Positions 23,750 through 37,159 of a stretch of 64,000 nt of DNA are shown piece by piece. The stretch covers positions 26,972,001 through 27,036,000 of the forward strand of contig CM119371.1 of the NCBI GenBank assembly GCA_051294905.1, written 5' to 3'. This stretch comes from Botryllus schlosseri (taxonomy: Eukaryota). Every line of letters begins with the position of its first letter. The stretch's first letter is position 1. The notes under the pieces were generated by a model, which ran no database searches, was not told where the DNA came from, and saw only the letters and a list, made by a program, of their open reading frames with translations. Position numbers and translations under genes: made by a program.

Positions 23750-25345
23750 GAAAAATTTAAGCTTTTCCAAATAGAAATAAGAACTACAGCTACAAAGTTG
23801 TCATAAATTAGATTCTAATTAGAGCAAAGAAACGTTTCACTAATTGGTGTAGAATTAGAATTATAGCAACACAGTTGTTTTCGCAAATTAGATTCTAATT
23901 AGAGAAAAGAAGCATTTCACAAATTGGTGTAGCAATTGAATTATAGCGACACAGTTGCAACCATAAATCACATTTGAATCAGAGCAAAGAAACAATTACA
24001 ATCCTAGCGACACGGTTGTTTTCACAAATTAGTTTCTAATTAGAGCAAAGAAACATTTCACAAATTGGTATGGAATTAGAATTATAGCGACACAGTTGCA
24101 ACCACAAATTACATTTGAATCAAAGCAAAGAAACATTTCACAAATTGGGATAGAATTAGAATCATAGCGACATAGTTGTCATCACAAATTAGATTCTAAT
24201 TGGAGCAAAAAACATTTCAAAAATTGGAGTAGAATTACAATCATAGCAACACAGTTGTTTTCACAAATTAGATTCAAATTAGAGCAAAGAAACATTTCAC
24301 AAATTGGGGTAGAATTACAATCATAGCAACACAGTTGTTTTCATAAATTAGATTCTAAGTAGTGCAAAAAACATTTCCCAAATTGGAGTATAATTAAAGT
24401 CATAGCGAGACAGTTGTTATCACAAATTAGATTCTAATTAGTGCAAAAAACATTTCATATATTGGAGTAGAGTTAGAATCATAGCGACACAATTGTTATC
24501 ACAAATTAGATTCTAATTAGAGCAAATAACATTTCAAAAATAGGAGTAGAATTACAATCATAGCAACACAGTTGTTTTCACAAATTAGACTCTAATTAAC
24601 GCTAAAATATTTCCCAAATTGGAGTAGAATTAGAATCATAGCGACACAGTTGTTATCACAAATTAGATTCTAATTAGAGCAAAAAAACCTTTCAAAAATT
24701 GGAGTAGAATTAGAATTATGGTAACACAGTTGTTTTCACAAATTAGATTCTAATTAGATCAAAAAAACATTTCCCAAATTGGAGTAGAATTATAATTACG
24801 GTATAGCGACACAGTTGTTATCACAAATTAGATTCGAATCAGAGCAAAGTAACATTTGAAAAATTGAAGTAGAATCAGAATAATTACTGCAGTATATTTT
24901 CTGAATTAGACTAGAATCCAATTAGAGGTAGTTTTTATTTCAAATTAGAGTAGAATTAGAAATATAGCTATACGGTAGTTGTTTTCTAAATTAGATTCGA
25001 TTGAGAGCAAAGAAACATTTCACAAATTAGCGTAGCATCAGAATTTATAGCTACACAGCTTTTTCCAAGTTAGAGTAGAAATAGATTTGTAGCTTTTTTT
25101 CGAAATTATAGTGGGATCAGAATTATAGTAACAGTTTTTTTCAAATTATAGAGTAGAATTAGAACTATAGCTACACTGTTTTTTTCCAAATTAGAGTACA
25201 ATTAGAATTATAGGTTCAGTTGTTTCCACAAATTAGATTCGAATGAGAGAGACGAAGCACTTCACGAATTAAAGTAGAATTATAATTATAGCTAGTTTTT
25301 TTTTCAAAATTAGAGTATCATCAGAATTTTAGCTACACATTTTTT
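23750..25345. repeat. Minisatellite, ~79-bp unit, decaying to ~40-bp subunits at the flanks
   Basis: Unit CACAAATTAGATTCTAATTAGAGCAAAGAAACATTTCACAAATTGGAGTAGAATTAGAATCATAGCGACACAGTTGTTAT. Unit starts at 24421, 24500 and 24579 give a 79-bp period. Confidence 0.95.
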
Positions 25346-28300
25346 TCACTCTAATTAGACAACTAGACTAGTACTAGAATTGTATAGTTGTCCAAGTCAG
25401 CAAACGAAATCAAAATCATTACTGGGATTTCTGAAATCTGCTCATAAAACAGAGAAGCTTGTTTGATTGAAACCCAAATTTTTGTCTCCAATCAGGACAT
25501 ACTGTAAAATTGAGAGTATCTGGAAAACTTTTGGATATGTGGGGTCACAAACATAATAGAGAAGATCCAGCACCATCTCAAATGGTATCGCTTTATTGTG
25601 AGACGATCCCTTTATGCGGAAGCCATTCGCCACGATCCATGACTGCAGGTCACCATTTTCATGGTGCGCTAGTACGAGATGTTGAGGACTCAGCTTTGTG
25701 GCCGTTAATTGGACTGAATGGGCCTGGAACTGAAAGAAATATGTTAAGTAAAATTATATTGCCAATAATCCATGTGTGAATTGAAAGCACAAGATTTAGA
25801 TTATGTAGAAATGCCTTTATGGGACTTCTGCATAATGAATATTGAATAAAAATAGAGCTGAATAGGTCAATATAGGTTTTTGTCAATATGGTTTAACAAG
25901 CTTAACTCATGGAAACAAGTGATAGCAAATTCTGTCGTCACGATATGCTGTGTAGTCGTTGACATGTATGGTTTTTTTTCCACATAATCATAAGTTTACT
26001 AACCTTTAATGATCCATTCAGATTTGATCAGTATACCATCATACAGGTTCCTTTTGGAACGGCACAAGTATTATGTTCACATTCACTGATTCTATGCACT
26101 ATATTCATGGTAGCCATCCTCATGATCTCGAAGTCAGGAAAACCAAAAATTACATTAGCAGCAGAAATGATTTTCCATGGTTTGGGACAAAAACGAATTT
26201 GCACCAGCTCATTCTAACTTAGATTTAGCCTTATCAAAAAGAATGATGTAATTGAAAAGCATTTAATAAACATTTATTTTTGGAGGCCTTCTCCAGTTCG
26301 AGTGTTTATTGCACCGTCATAACGTAAACAGCGTCAATCAAAACATAGGCCTACCATATTTTCAGCCCCCAAAAACAATTGTGCCACATTTTGGCGGCAC
26401 ACATCTGAGCTCAACAGACCCTGAATTGGAACATATGTTTGTGGCGCAACTTGGAAATTAACAGACCCCCGAATTAGAACCAACTCAACATGCGCGCATG
26501 TTAAGCCATAAACTTTTCAAACTAGCTGTACTTTTGTGACGGTCTGTTAAGTTCGAACTTGTGCCAGATAGTGGCATGCAAAACGTCCAAGGTGTTACGG
26601 AAGACGCCGAACAATGTTTGCCGAAAAATCATGACAAGAGTCGAAATCAGTACAAATCTGACAAACCAGGACGTTATGGTACTTCTATGTTCATTGTTCA
26701 CACAGTTCCAGGTTAAGCAAGCAGCAAATCCTACAACTCACCTGATAAAGCGTTATCACCCTCAAATCCTGTTGTGATTCTCTTTTCAGTTACTGCATTT
26801 CATAACTCCATCAGGAGTATAACCGCAGCGGGTTCTTTTCCCTACAAATAAATATAAATAATGTAGAAGATTTGGTTGAAGGACAATCCACTTATTGCAT
26901 TCCGGTTGATATGAAGGCAAGAGTTCTGACACAACAATATTTAATATATAAAATTGCAACAAAAATAAACAGGATTATCCCAATTAATAAATTCATTCTA
27001 GAATAGTTAAATATTACTAACCTCTAACATCTGTCTCTAGCTCTACTCCAAATATTTCGTCATGAGTAGTAAGTATTTCGCTTCGACACTCCTCGGAACG
27101 AACATTTGAAACCCCGCTCTGATCTATTACAAAGGAAAAGTGTTACTATAAAAGCAGCTATGTAGTGAGCTAAGCATGCACATTGCACACACACTTCTAT
27201 GTGTTATATAGAGGGAACTTGATATGAATATAATAAGATTTATTTCACTGGATAATATTAACAATAATTATTATAATGGGTTCATGAATGAAATGTCATG
27301 TTTTCAACCAATGAAAATGTCATGTAATTGGAAAAACAAGTGAGTCAACTGCAAAGCAAGATCTATATAACTTGGTCAAGAATTCTAGTTGTAAACCCAT
27401 ATTGCATCAAGTTAGAGGATTAACAGACATTCAGAAACTCAGTTTCGATGCTACTGCAAGTTGATCTAAAAGGCAATCTACCAATATTTCTCACACTGCT
27501 GCTTGCTGTAATAACCCTCTTGACAACATACCGGTAATCATAACATATCGCATGTTGATATTCTTGAACGAATTACCTTCAATTATTAAAGCAATGTGTT
27601 CTCTCGTAATGCCGTACGCAATCAACATCTTCTTCATTCCTTCCGCTATGATGAGATTAGCGACACGTTCATTCACATCCACAAAGTCACTGTACTGCGA
27701 CCTGTCGCTCCATTTAAATTTGACCCTTTGACCCTGACTGAGTTCCCGCCGTTACCGAGAGATGTGAAGCGTGAATGAGAGAGAAAGAGAGAGAGAGAGC
27801 AATAGAGAAATATAGAGATGTTTATTCAGTCAACAGTCAAAAGCAGAATGCACTGATAATAGCCAGGTAACACTAACGACTACTAAACAACGTACTTCAA
27901 AATTACATGGTGATGACAATGATTGATTGATTGATAGATTTCTTCATTGCTATACTGCTGATATATCAATGATCAATAATGGGGAAACGCAATATAATGG
28001 AAGTCATAGTCAAGTCAGACAATCATGTGGTTGTAACAATGATATATATAATTGGGTTGAAATTATCAATTTCTTCTGCCAGTTTGGTAGGTAAATAAAA
28101 TGAGAAGAGAAACGTTCACAAAACCTAGTAAATGCAAGAAATCGACAAACTAAAATAATGGAGCGACATTGATGAAACAGCAGTCCACTTCATGGCTCCT
28201 GAGCAATGTGCCCTTTTAGGTACGCATGTGTGCAATTGATTTGAGCTGACACGGTCTCTGCTCACATAAATTATAAGTTGCGCACAAAAAATCCGAAGAG

Positions 28301-29229
28301 ATGACCTTTTTTTAGTGGTTACGCACTGTTGTCCAAGGGACCGCGTAGTGAATAGGTGAGCGCTTGCTGCAGACTCGTCAAAATTAGAGGTAACATTGCT
28401 TCTGAGCTATATGTAAACGGGGCTAAAAGCACGCATTACTTACACGAGAGTCGTTATTAACGTTCAACATCTATTATAGAAATGCTGCATCATTTGAGAA
28501 TCTATATCTTGCAGCTTAATTCCTCCCCTGCAAATAACCCAGCGGGAGCAAACGGACCCCAGGGTCATTGGGTTTACCGATGACGTCATGATCGGCACAC
28601 GAGTGTACCGTACCTTACCCTGGATGATCTGGTCATTTACCAGTGACATTACGATAAGTTTCCGCAGCGTTTCCAGCGTCGACCTCACAATCCCTCTCAA
28701 TCTTACTGATCTCACAACTCGTGCGGCGACTTACCGGACTATTAAAATGTATACGTAAACTCTTTCATAGTGATCAAAGCCGGCGACAGATGATAAGATG
28801 AGAGCAGAAGCACATATTTCGTAACTTTATTTGATGAAGTGTGGACTTGCACATATTATGACACCACTTCGGCGAAAGATTTGGGTCGACTTTATGTGTT
28901 TGTCCCATATTGCATCTTTGAATGCACAATTTTGTGTCTAAATCGATCCTTTCGATTTAGAGTGTATGATCATCACACAGACTAATGATATCATATCATA
29001 TTTCTAATATTTTACTAGCTCTTACTTCTTCTGCTCTATAAAAAAATATCTAAGTGGGCCATTCCCAACCTGGACAACAAAAGTTGAAACCACCACATTC
29101 CCAAATCTTCTGAAATTTGATACATGCATAGATGAGTTAATTTCGAACACAATGAAGTTTATTAGAAGAAAATTGATCCCCGGGGTCAAATGTTATGGGA
29201 TTAAGAAAAAATGACGATTTTCTGCTCAG

Positions 29230-30885
29230 TTTAGTTCTGCAGCAATCAGGTTTATCAATGAAAAATTCACAAATAGGAGTAAACAGATGTTGGATTGCAG
29301 TTGAGATTTGGTACTGGGTTTTCTGAATGGCTAGAATATTGGTCTATATTCCCATGTGGTATTGAATGCCGTGCGGTGTAGTGTTAGAGGTTAAATTGAG
29401 GCGAAATTTGGTCGATGGTCTGAAATCGGTCAAGCGTTACGCAATTTAGAATGCGAATTGAGCAAAATCTTATAAGTATATTCAAGCGAGTAGGGTATCA
29501 TGTGAAAGCCAGTGTTGGGATCAAGTCACTACCTTCGAGTCACGAGTCATCTCGAGTCATTGCAGATTTTGACTGGAGTCAAGTCAAGTCTATAGATTTT
29601 CTAAGGTGACTCTAGTCAAGTCACTCGTTTTTTGGAGGTGACTCCAGTCAAGTCGAGTCAAGTCAAGTCAAGTCAAGTCACGAGTCAAGTCACAATTCAA
29701 GTCAAATTGAATTTTCAAAGTATGAGTGATGATTCAAAGTCATTACATTTTGCTAGCTGTGTGAAAGACAGATTAAATGATCATTTATCTAAATCAAATA
29801 ACGAATATCTAGTTAAATATACATGCAAAAAGACGGTGTATCCTTCACGCACACGTAGAAATGCTAATAAAGTACGTGAGTAACTGCACAGCTACCTACT
29901 ACAGTCAGTTCTTATCAGCCAAAATATAGGACCTAATAAGAAGCTTCGAGAAATTACAACAAATTGATATGGTACAATAGCCTACACTACCCATCTACAC
30001 ATCCGTGAGAATATAAACGCACGATATATATTCGTTCGATTTAAATCACACAAGAGGTTTGGTAAATGTGAGCACTGGGCAACGTAAGCATTGAGCCGTC
30101 TAAGAAACAGAGACACATTGCTATTTACATTTATTTTTTACTTTGCGGTCAATTTATTTGTGATCTAACAATGAAGGAACCTTGTAACGTACAATCACTG
30201 AATGACTGGTTGTTCTCACAAGTGACACTGGCGTATCTCGAACAATCCGAACATACACAAGATACAGGGATTTATTGGACACCGCTTACTTAATGACTTG
30301 AAATTGACTCGTAAATTTTGCTCCGAGTCACGAGTCTATGCACATTTTTGAAGCTCCGAGTCAATTCAAGTCAAGTCATTTTTCCAAAGTGACTCGAGTC
30401 AAGTCAAGTCATACGAAAAAGTTGACTCGAGTCTGACTCGAGTCAAGTCATGACTCGAGTCATCCCAACACTGATGAAAGCTGGTTACAAAGACAATTTT
30501 CTATAGCTTTTTCATTTTGGTTTTTCGACTGTAAGGTGGGGAAATCCCAATCGCAAGAGTACACTGCATTTATACATGGATATGCTTAAGTTTGGAATAT
30601 GGCAAACCGAAGGTTCCCATACTTTTTTGACTCAACACACCTTGTTAAACTCAACTTATATACATCACTACCCCTGAAGACTGTATGTCAATTTCCAACA
30701 ACCTATTTGAAGCCCAGAGCTGTTCATTGGGTATATATTAATGAGAATAGCTAACCATTAGCTAACCACCTTACAGTCGAAAAAACAAAATAAAAAAGCT
30801 ATGGAAAATTGTCTTTGTAACCAAATTTCATATGATACCCGACCCGCATGAATATATTGATAAACCTGAATGCTGCAGAGCCGAA
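29230..30885. mobile_element. Decayed foldback-type element hosting MITE 29510-30473
   Basis: 29480-29509 plus 30482-30539 is the reverse complement of 30766-30856. 29236-29259 is the reverse complement of 30856-30879. Confidence 0.6.
29510..30473. mobile_element. hAT-type MITE with TGACTCGAGTCA repeats (copy 2, opposite orientation to copy 1)
   Basis: Termini CAGTGTTGGGAT...ATCCCAACACTG. TSD GTGAAAGC/ATGAAAGC (29502-29509, 30474-30481). Confidence 0.92.
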
Positions 30886-31029
30886 ATGCACAGCTGAAAT
30901 GAAACTAAGACAAACAGTAGCACCCACACACATCTTTTCCGCACCGAACTATAAGTCTGGTATCACGCAATTCGTAGATGCGGCCGTATTATGTAACGCT
31001 GAACTCTAAACTTATTACATTATTTTTGT

Positions 31030-32387
31030 TGGCTCACCATGCACCAATCGCTAATATAACTGCTGTGAAAATCAGTGTTCCTGTATTTACTAGTCGGTTG
31101 AATGTTTTTTTTAAAGATTTTGTATGAATTTTGTTATTAATGCTTGGACTTCCAAAATACATATATAGCACAAACGTGATCGGATTTCCTACAATAGGGT
31201 TACCATACGTCCTCTTTTAAGAGGATTTGTCCTCTTTTTTTACTTTTTTGAAAGCATCCTCAGAGGACGGCCTTTTGTCGTCTTTTTGAGAATCTAGGTC
31301 AAATTTACGACTGAAATCGACTGAGATGCCGTATATCAGCACCGAAGTAACGCTCAGGCGGGTATTTCGAGAGCAGAGTCGGAGATGATCTTTTTACCGT
31401 TTACCGTCAAAGCCTGTTGTTATTTGTGACCTCCGTTAAAGATTGTCGCTAGGCTACTCGAAAGATTCCAAATTCGTATTTCTTGTCTGGGTGATGTGTT
31501 TTTATCGACGGGTCGCAGTTGTACCGCTGTGCTTGGATTTCAAGGGCAGGATTATTCATAGCCTTTATATCGGAGCCGCGCAGTCATAATAATATCGACG
31601 GTTCCGGTAAACATTTAGCGGTCATCTTGGATTCTAAGTGTTATATCATCGTCGATCTTTCCGGGAGCACGCTTAGCGGATACGCAGCTGTCGCGAAATG
31701 TTTGTATGTCGTGATGTCTCCTAGCGCGGATATGCACGTGCATAATGGTCCCGCACTAGCTCACTGCACAACTCTAGACTGGTGCATCCCTTCGACCTCA
31801 GGCGAGACTAAAGAATTACCGTGCTTTCATAATTTTACTATTTAATACTTATAATTTTTAATTTCATATAATTTTATTCATTTTTAGTTTTATAATGACA
31901 CTAAATCGCACAAAGCGAGCAAAGAAATATTTTAGGTTAACTGAATTGCCCCCAAAATAGTCTGTTCATGGCGCATTAAACAAAATTACTAAAGAATTGG
32001 AGGCATGGACCGTTTTGCCTACTGGCTAATAAATATAGTACAAGAAATTATCTTTCGTCACTTTTCATTTTGGCAACATGGCCCAGGCTTAGCTTGTTCT
32101 TATCGCTGGGGTTTCTGATGCTCACTAAAAACAACGCAAGCTCAATTGTGATCTCTCTGACTTTGATCGATGACGTTGGAATGTTTTGTCGCTATAGAGA
32201 TTTCAAATATCATTTGAACATACTTCCCGCAAGGAAAGGCTAAAAGCCAAAAGTAGGCTGCTCTCGAAATTACTGTAGTTGCATACTTGGAAGTTAGGAA
32301 ATGAAACATTTGTAAATCCTTTAATATTCTAAAGCAAAAGCCCCCTAAAAAGGACATAATTCCCCCCCACCATGTTGGGAACCACTG
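31030..32387. mobile_element. Second, 5'-eroded copy of the 12809-14283 Charlie-like element, containing a Blackjack-like insertion from 31195
   Basis: ACCATGCACCAATCGCTAATATAACTG (31036) equals 13094. ATCGATGACGTTGGAAT (32166) equals 13862. Right TIR GTTGGGAACCACTG ends at 32387. TAGGGTTACCATACGTCC starts at 31195. Confidence 0.7.
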
Positions 32388-34047
32388 GTATAGTGACTTG
32401 GGTGGTTCCGCCCAAACGCTCGAAGTGCGAAAAATCGCTATAATTCTTGATTGAATCGGACAATATGATCGGGAATTGCATATATATTGCTATAAATTCT
32501 TATCCGGTCTGTGCTCACGTCATCAGATTCGCCGGTAGAGCTAAGTAAGATGTGTTGGAAAAGGTAGGACCCCTAAATAATAATTAAACATCTTCGGGCG
32601 AATCCGTAGGTATAAAATGACTTCGTTACATGGTGCATTTTCGTGACCTCCTATCTGCTTTGTCAAAAGATATTGAAATCGATCAGCGTACTAAACTAAA
32701 AGACATACACGATTTCAAATTGGTATTTCTTTACTGGCAAATAATGTTCCATGCGAAATGGCATTTGCCTTGTGGAGCTCTGATCGCCAGAGCCGGAACA
32801 TTCGGCGCCAGCCACTTAGGCATCTTTGTACAATAAACATATATATTATATATATTGTATATATATGTAAATTTTCGGTTAGCAGATGGGCAGGGCAGTC
32901 CTGTTCAGCCAGGGTATTCTCGCTCCTAGTCGTTTGGCACGCTTCTCGGAGTAGCATGTTACTGTTACAAGGCCTATAACATCATAATGTCTTGGTGCGT
33001 CGTGACGCGGTAATAGCCGACGCCCAAGTACCCATTTCGATAAATCATGCGTATTTGTTGTTTGGGGAAGGGTATACTCAATAATAAATATATTTGACAA
33101 CATGAATTCGCGCGCAGCGCGAAAATGTTTGTGGAAATGTTGCATAAATTTCCAAAAAATACTCAATGATTTATTTTTGAGCCCCCCTTGAGCTCGGGGT
33201 GTGGCAGTTAAGGTCCTGACTCTATCTCATTGTCAATTCTACTATAACTCGAGTAGCAACCCTGATTCCTGTAACCACATCATATTTGCCCATGTCACGG
33301 GAATGAGTGGTTTCTCGGTTAGAGTACACTCAACAATCCCTGGTGTAACGACGGATGTTAATGGGTAAGATCTCGGGCTGTTACAGAAAGTTTGTAAAAC
33401 TGCTAACATAAGGTAACTGCTAATTTCTTGAATAAATCATATACGATGCACTAACACGAGTTGGCACCCTAGTGTTTGAGAATCATGTTGGGACGGAATA
33501 TAATCTTGACGGCACCATGTATGCTCGTACTTATTTTATTGGGAGCGGGTACCCGGTATTGTTCGGGTATAGATTGTGTTGCTGAAGTATACACAATAGT
33601 CCAGACATATAGGTGATGTGGTCATCATTTGCTACTCTAGTAGACGTGAGAGTTACTTCGTAAATTCCTAAACAAGTCCGATTAGAAGTCGAGATTTCGA
33701 AGAATTATTACAGACCTAGCTTTGCGTATAAAGACATTAGGTAACAGAGCAAGAATGTTTGTCATGATGTGCTTGATCAAATTCGATATTGTGTGCTGAA
33801 ATTGCGTTGCTAGACCGCCGCACGACTACATACTGGAGTCAGAAATATGAGTGATATCAGATATGCGTGAACACGAAAAAATACGAGGTAATATCAGGTA
33901 ATTCACAATTTACATCTCGTTATCCCATTATGCGTGCTTCTTTACTGGGTCTTGATTGCTGCAAATACCTTAACGATGATCGGATATACGCCACCGCTGG
34001 CTCCGGGCTAAATAGTAGGAATGGACCAAACTCCTGAATGGTCCTGC

Positions 34048-34235
34048 ATGGTTTGTTTGTTTTGTGGTATTCATGTTGTTTGTCGACTACTAGGGCCATT
34101 TACACCAGGCCGATATTGTTCATTATTTGCCGTTTCTGCCGACCTATAGCACGGCCCAACCTCTAGGCTTTTTGTAAGACACCGCTTACGCGGACGAGGA
34201 GGCAAGGAGTAGCCTAGGTAAACCTCCAACACTTA
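34048..34235 (-). mobile_element. 3' fragment of a retroposon (SINE/LINE) with (AAAC)n tail; second copy at 51164-51351 (+)
   Basis: Reverse complement of 51164-51351 (AAGTGTTGGAGGTTTACCTAGGCT...CCGCGTAAGCGGTGTCTTACAAAAGCCTAGA...TAGTAGTCGACAAAC...AAACAAAC). Confidence 0.75.
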
Positions 34236-34687
34236 GGTCCTGGTTCGTGTGCTGCATACAGGCTACCTGTGTCTGTGTATAATCCCGCATTAGTCACACA
34301 TGACAATGTGACTTGAGCGAAATATTCCATCATATTATGATCATGACTTCGTATTTAGATTTTATTATATCTTGGTTTAGTGTTAGGCCCATAAAGACCC
34401 GTTATTCGCACCGAGTATTTTAGACTGCTATGAGAATGTACTGTGCCGAGAATGTACTGTGCCCTGGTATATTTGTTGCTTCTTCAGGAATGACCAACCC
34501 TACTGGGAATACAAGGTCCTGACCTGATGAGCGTGCCAGACCAAGCACGTAGCAGTTAACAGAGGAGAGTCAAACAGATATAGGAAGGTAGTTAGGATTA
34601 TCATGTCATTTGATTGCACCAGTTGATACACTTGGTGACGGTGTGGCATCCCGTCGCTAAATTGTGTACATAAATAACTAGACACTT

Positions 34688-34947
34688 CACTGAAATGTAG
34701 GGGTGGAATTAGCAATAAGACCGACAGGCTCACGTTCACACAGAACCTTTGAAAAAGGTTCACGGTCCACTGAAATGTAGGGATGGAATTAGTAATAAGA
34801 CTTGACAGGTTCACGTTCACACGGCACCGTTAAAAAAGGTTCACGGTCACATGCATAGGCCTACCCTACAATATACAAGAGCACTCTCCGCAAGAGTTTA
34901 CTGACTATGCCCTGCGTACCAACCGGTTTTGCATATCCTAACATTAC
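34688..34947. repeat. Local tandem repeats: two ~80-bp units, then a ~100-bp unit that recurs at 36985-37088
   Basis: CACTGAAATGTAGGG...AAAAAGGTTCACGGTC occurs twice. GGTCACATGCATAGGCCTACCCTACAATAT...GCATATCCTAACATTAC occurs at 34845 and 36985. Confidence 0.85.
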
Positions 34948-34973
34948 AGGAGAAAGGGTCACGGGGTCATATG

Positions 34974-36985
34974 CAGTGGCGGCTCGTCCTATAGGGCAAC
35001 TGGGGCATTGCCCCACTTAAAATTCTGTTCAATACCAATTCTTTACCATATATAGACGCACAGCAATCTATATATACCGAAATCACAGCGAAAATCGCAT
35101 TCTTCTTGTCCTTTCGCCTGTAAATGCCCATATACAGCGAAGACTCTGCGAAAATCGAATTCTCTTCTATGTTTTTGCTTTGCGAATGCCTAGCCGGGGC
35201 ATGCCCCGGTAGCGCTCATAACAAGCTTTCACTATTTATTATCTCAAAGCCGCGCACAATAAAGAAACGGTGATTTACTCTCTCCTATTCATAAAATTAC
35301 CGAGCAAGTGGGGCAACATAGGTCTGTTGCCCTTAAGGTGTGATGTAACACTCGTATCTATATCTGAACTCGGTTACCGTCATATGCGTTTAGTCGACGT
35401 TTGCTGGTATAGGTCGATTTTGATGGTGTTTCACACTATGATAATTCTTGAAACTTGGTATGTCATGTCGTGATGGCGGTATTTAACACGGCCCCAAGTT
35501 TCAGGGTTTTTACTTAAAGTTTAGGGTAGTAATTCCGTTTCCGAAGTTGAAGTTGTGCTGATTCGTCATGCATCGCAAACAGATTTTACTCAAAAGCCGG
35601 TATTGGTATCCATTGATTTTGACGATGTTCTATACCGAGATCGGCCATGACATTTGGCACGGTAGGTAAGTCTTGATGTTAGTATCGAACGCTGTACCAA
35701 GTTACAAATTTGTCACTGAACTATGTTAGTGGTAATTTTGTTTCCTAAGTCGAGTGAGATTTGACTCGTCATTTATCGCAAACAGATTTTACGCAAAGCC
35801 GGTATTGGTCTCTATTGATTTTAACGATGCTCCTTACCTAGATCCGTCTTGAGCTTTTGCACGGTATGTCTTGATTTTAATATCGAACGCTGTGTCAAGT
35901 CTCAAGGTTGGCACCCAATGATTGGGGCAGCAATTTCGTTATCAAGGCCGAGTATGGTAGAGATGTGCGCTGATCTGACGCTTAGCCTACCTAACGCATT
36001 GCGGATTTTACGCAAAAGCCGGTGTATCTGTATTAACGTTAACTGTGTTCCATTATAGATAACTAGTTGAGTTATCTATAGTTCCATACTGAGATAGGTG
36101 ATGAGATGATGATATCATGAAACAGTTTACTAACATTCTCGGTTTGCATTCAAATATATACTTTTATTTTATATTCTCCAACGTCAATTTCACCGTGAAA
36201 TTGCGGCCTTCAGGCCATTCGCTTACAATTACAACCCCTGTCAAGCGCGATAGCTGTTTCGTTTTCGATGGCGGCTAACAGCTGATCACTTGATCAGCCT
36301 ATTCCCAAGTAAATTTTACGCAAAATTCGGTGTTGGTCTGTTCGTATTAATTTTGACAGTGTACCATACCGAAAATGGCCATGAGGCTTCTTCTCGATGA
36401 TGTCATGTAACAGTGTACTAAGTTAACGGCTTTTATCCACGTATTTATTCGGTAATATATTTTCCAAAGGCGATTTCGCAGCGGACATATAGACAGTAAG
36501 CCGTATGTGTCGTGTTACAGTCTCCAGTTTCAAGGCCAAAATCTCCTATGGTGTACCCAGACCGAATTTCCGAGGCTGCTATCCTTGATAGTTCTTCAGA
36601 ATGATGTTTTGGATTCAATATGACAGGCCCGGTCTATGAGATAACAATTGCGTGTGTGTCCGATCTCGTTGACCTTTCCAGTTAGGCTTACGCAATCTCT
36701 CGAGTTATAGTCATTTCCATTTGTGCAGATAATTAGTCAGGTCAAGTGCGAACATGAACCGTGTTGAATCTTTGTTCCGTACGCCGTTTACGCAGTTACC
36801 ACACTTCAAGTCACAGCTCACCAGCAGACCTCTCGCGGCAAAATCACTGTTGTCGAGAAATTCATGTTACCGTACCATCATTAAGTTACTTGTTTAAGTT
36901 GGAAAATGCCATTGTGACGTCATCTTGATAAAAAATCGCTTGCAGCCCTTGCCCCACCACCCGATATTGTCACGAGCCGCCACTG
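34974..36985. mobile_element. Non-autonomous hAT (Tip100-like) element with internal ~200-bp degenerate tandem repeats
   Basis: Termini CAGTGGCGGCTCGT...ACGAGCCGCCACTG. TSD GTCATATG/GTCACATG. ATTTTAC(G/T)CAAAAGCCGGT-like motif recurs near 35583, 35786, 36005 and 36313. Confidence 0.88.
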
Positions 36986-37159
36986 GTCACATGCATAGGC
37001 CTACCCTACAATATTCACGAGCACTCTCCCGCAAGAGTTTACTGACTATGCCCTGCGTACCAACCGGTTTTGCATATCCTAACATTACACGAGCAAAAGT
37101 ATAGAAGCCCATAAACTCTTCCGAAACCAAATTGAACACAGTTATCAAGATTTTATTTC

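Noticed and set aside
23750..25345. Regular repeat array as a CRISPR locus
   Set aside because: Units are contiguous degenerate tandem copies with no unique spacers and no cas genes, in a eukaryotic context.
27776..27945. (GA)n and (GATT)n tracts as regulatory elements
   Set aside because: More simply explained as microsatellites or minus-strand retroposon tails. No further support.
29632..29883. Low-complexity ORFs (VKSSQ repeats here; ITITIT/NYNYN at 42178-42444 and 43464-43721)
   Set aside because: They arise from MITE subterminal repeats.
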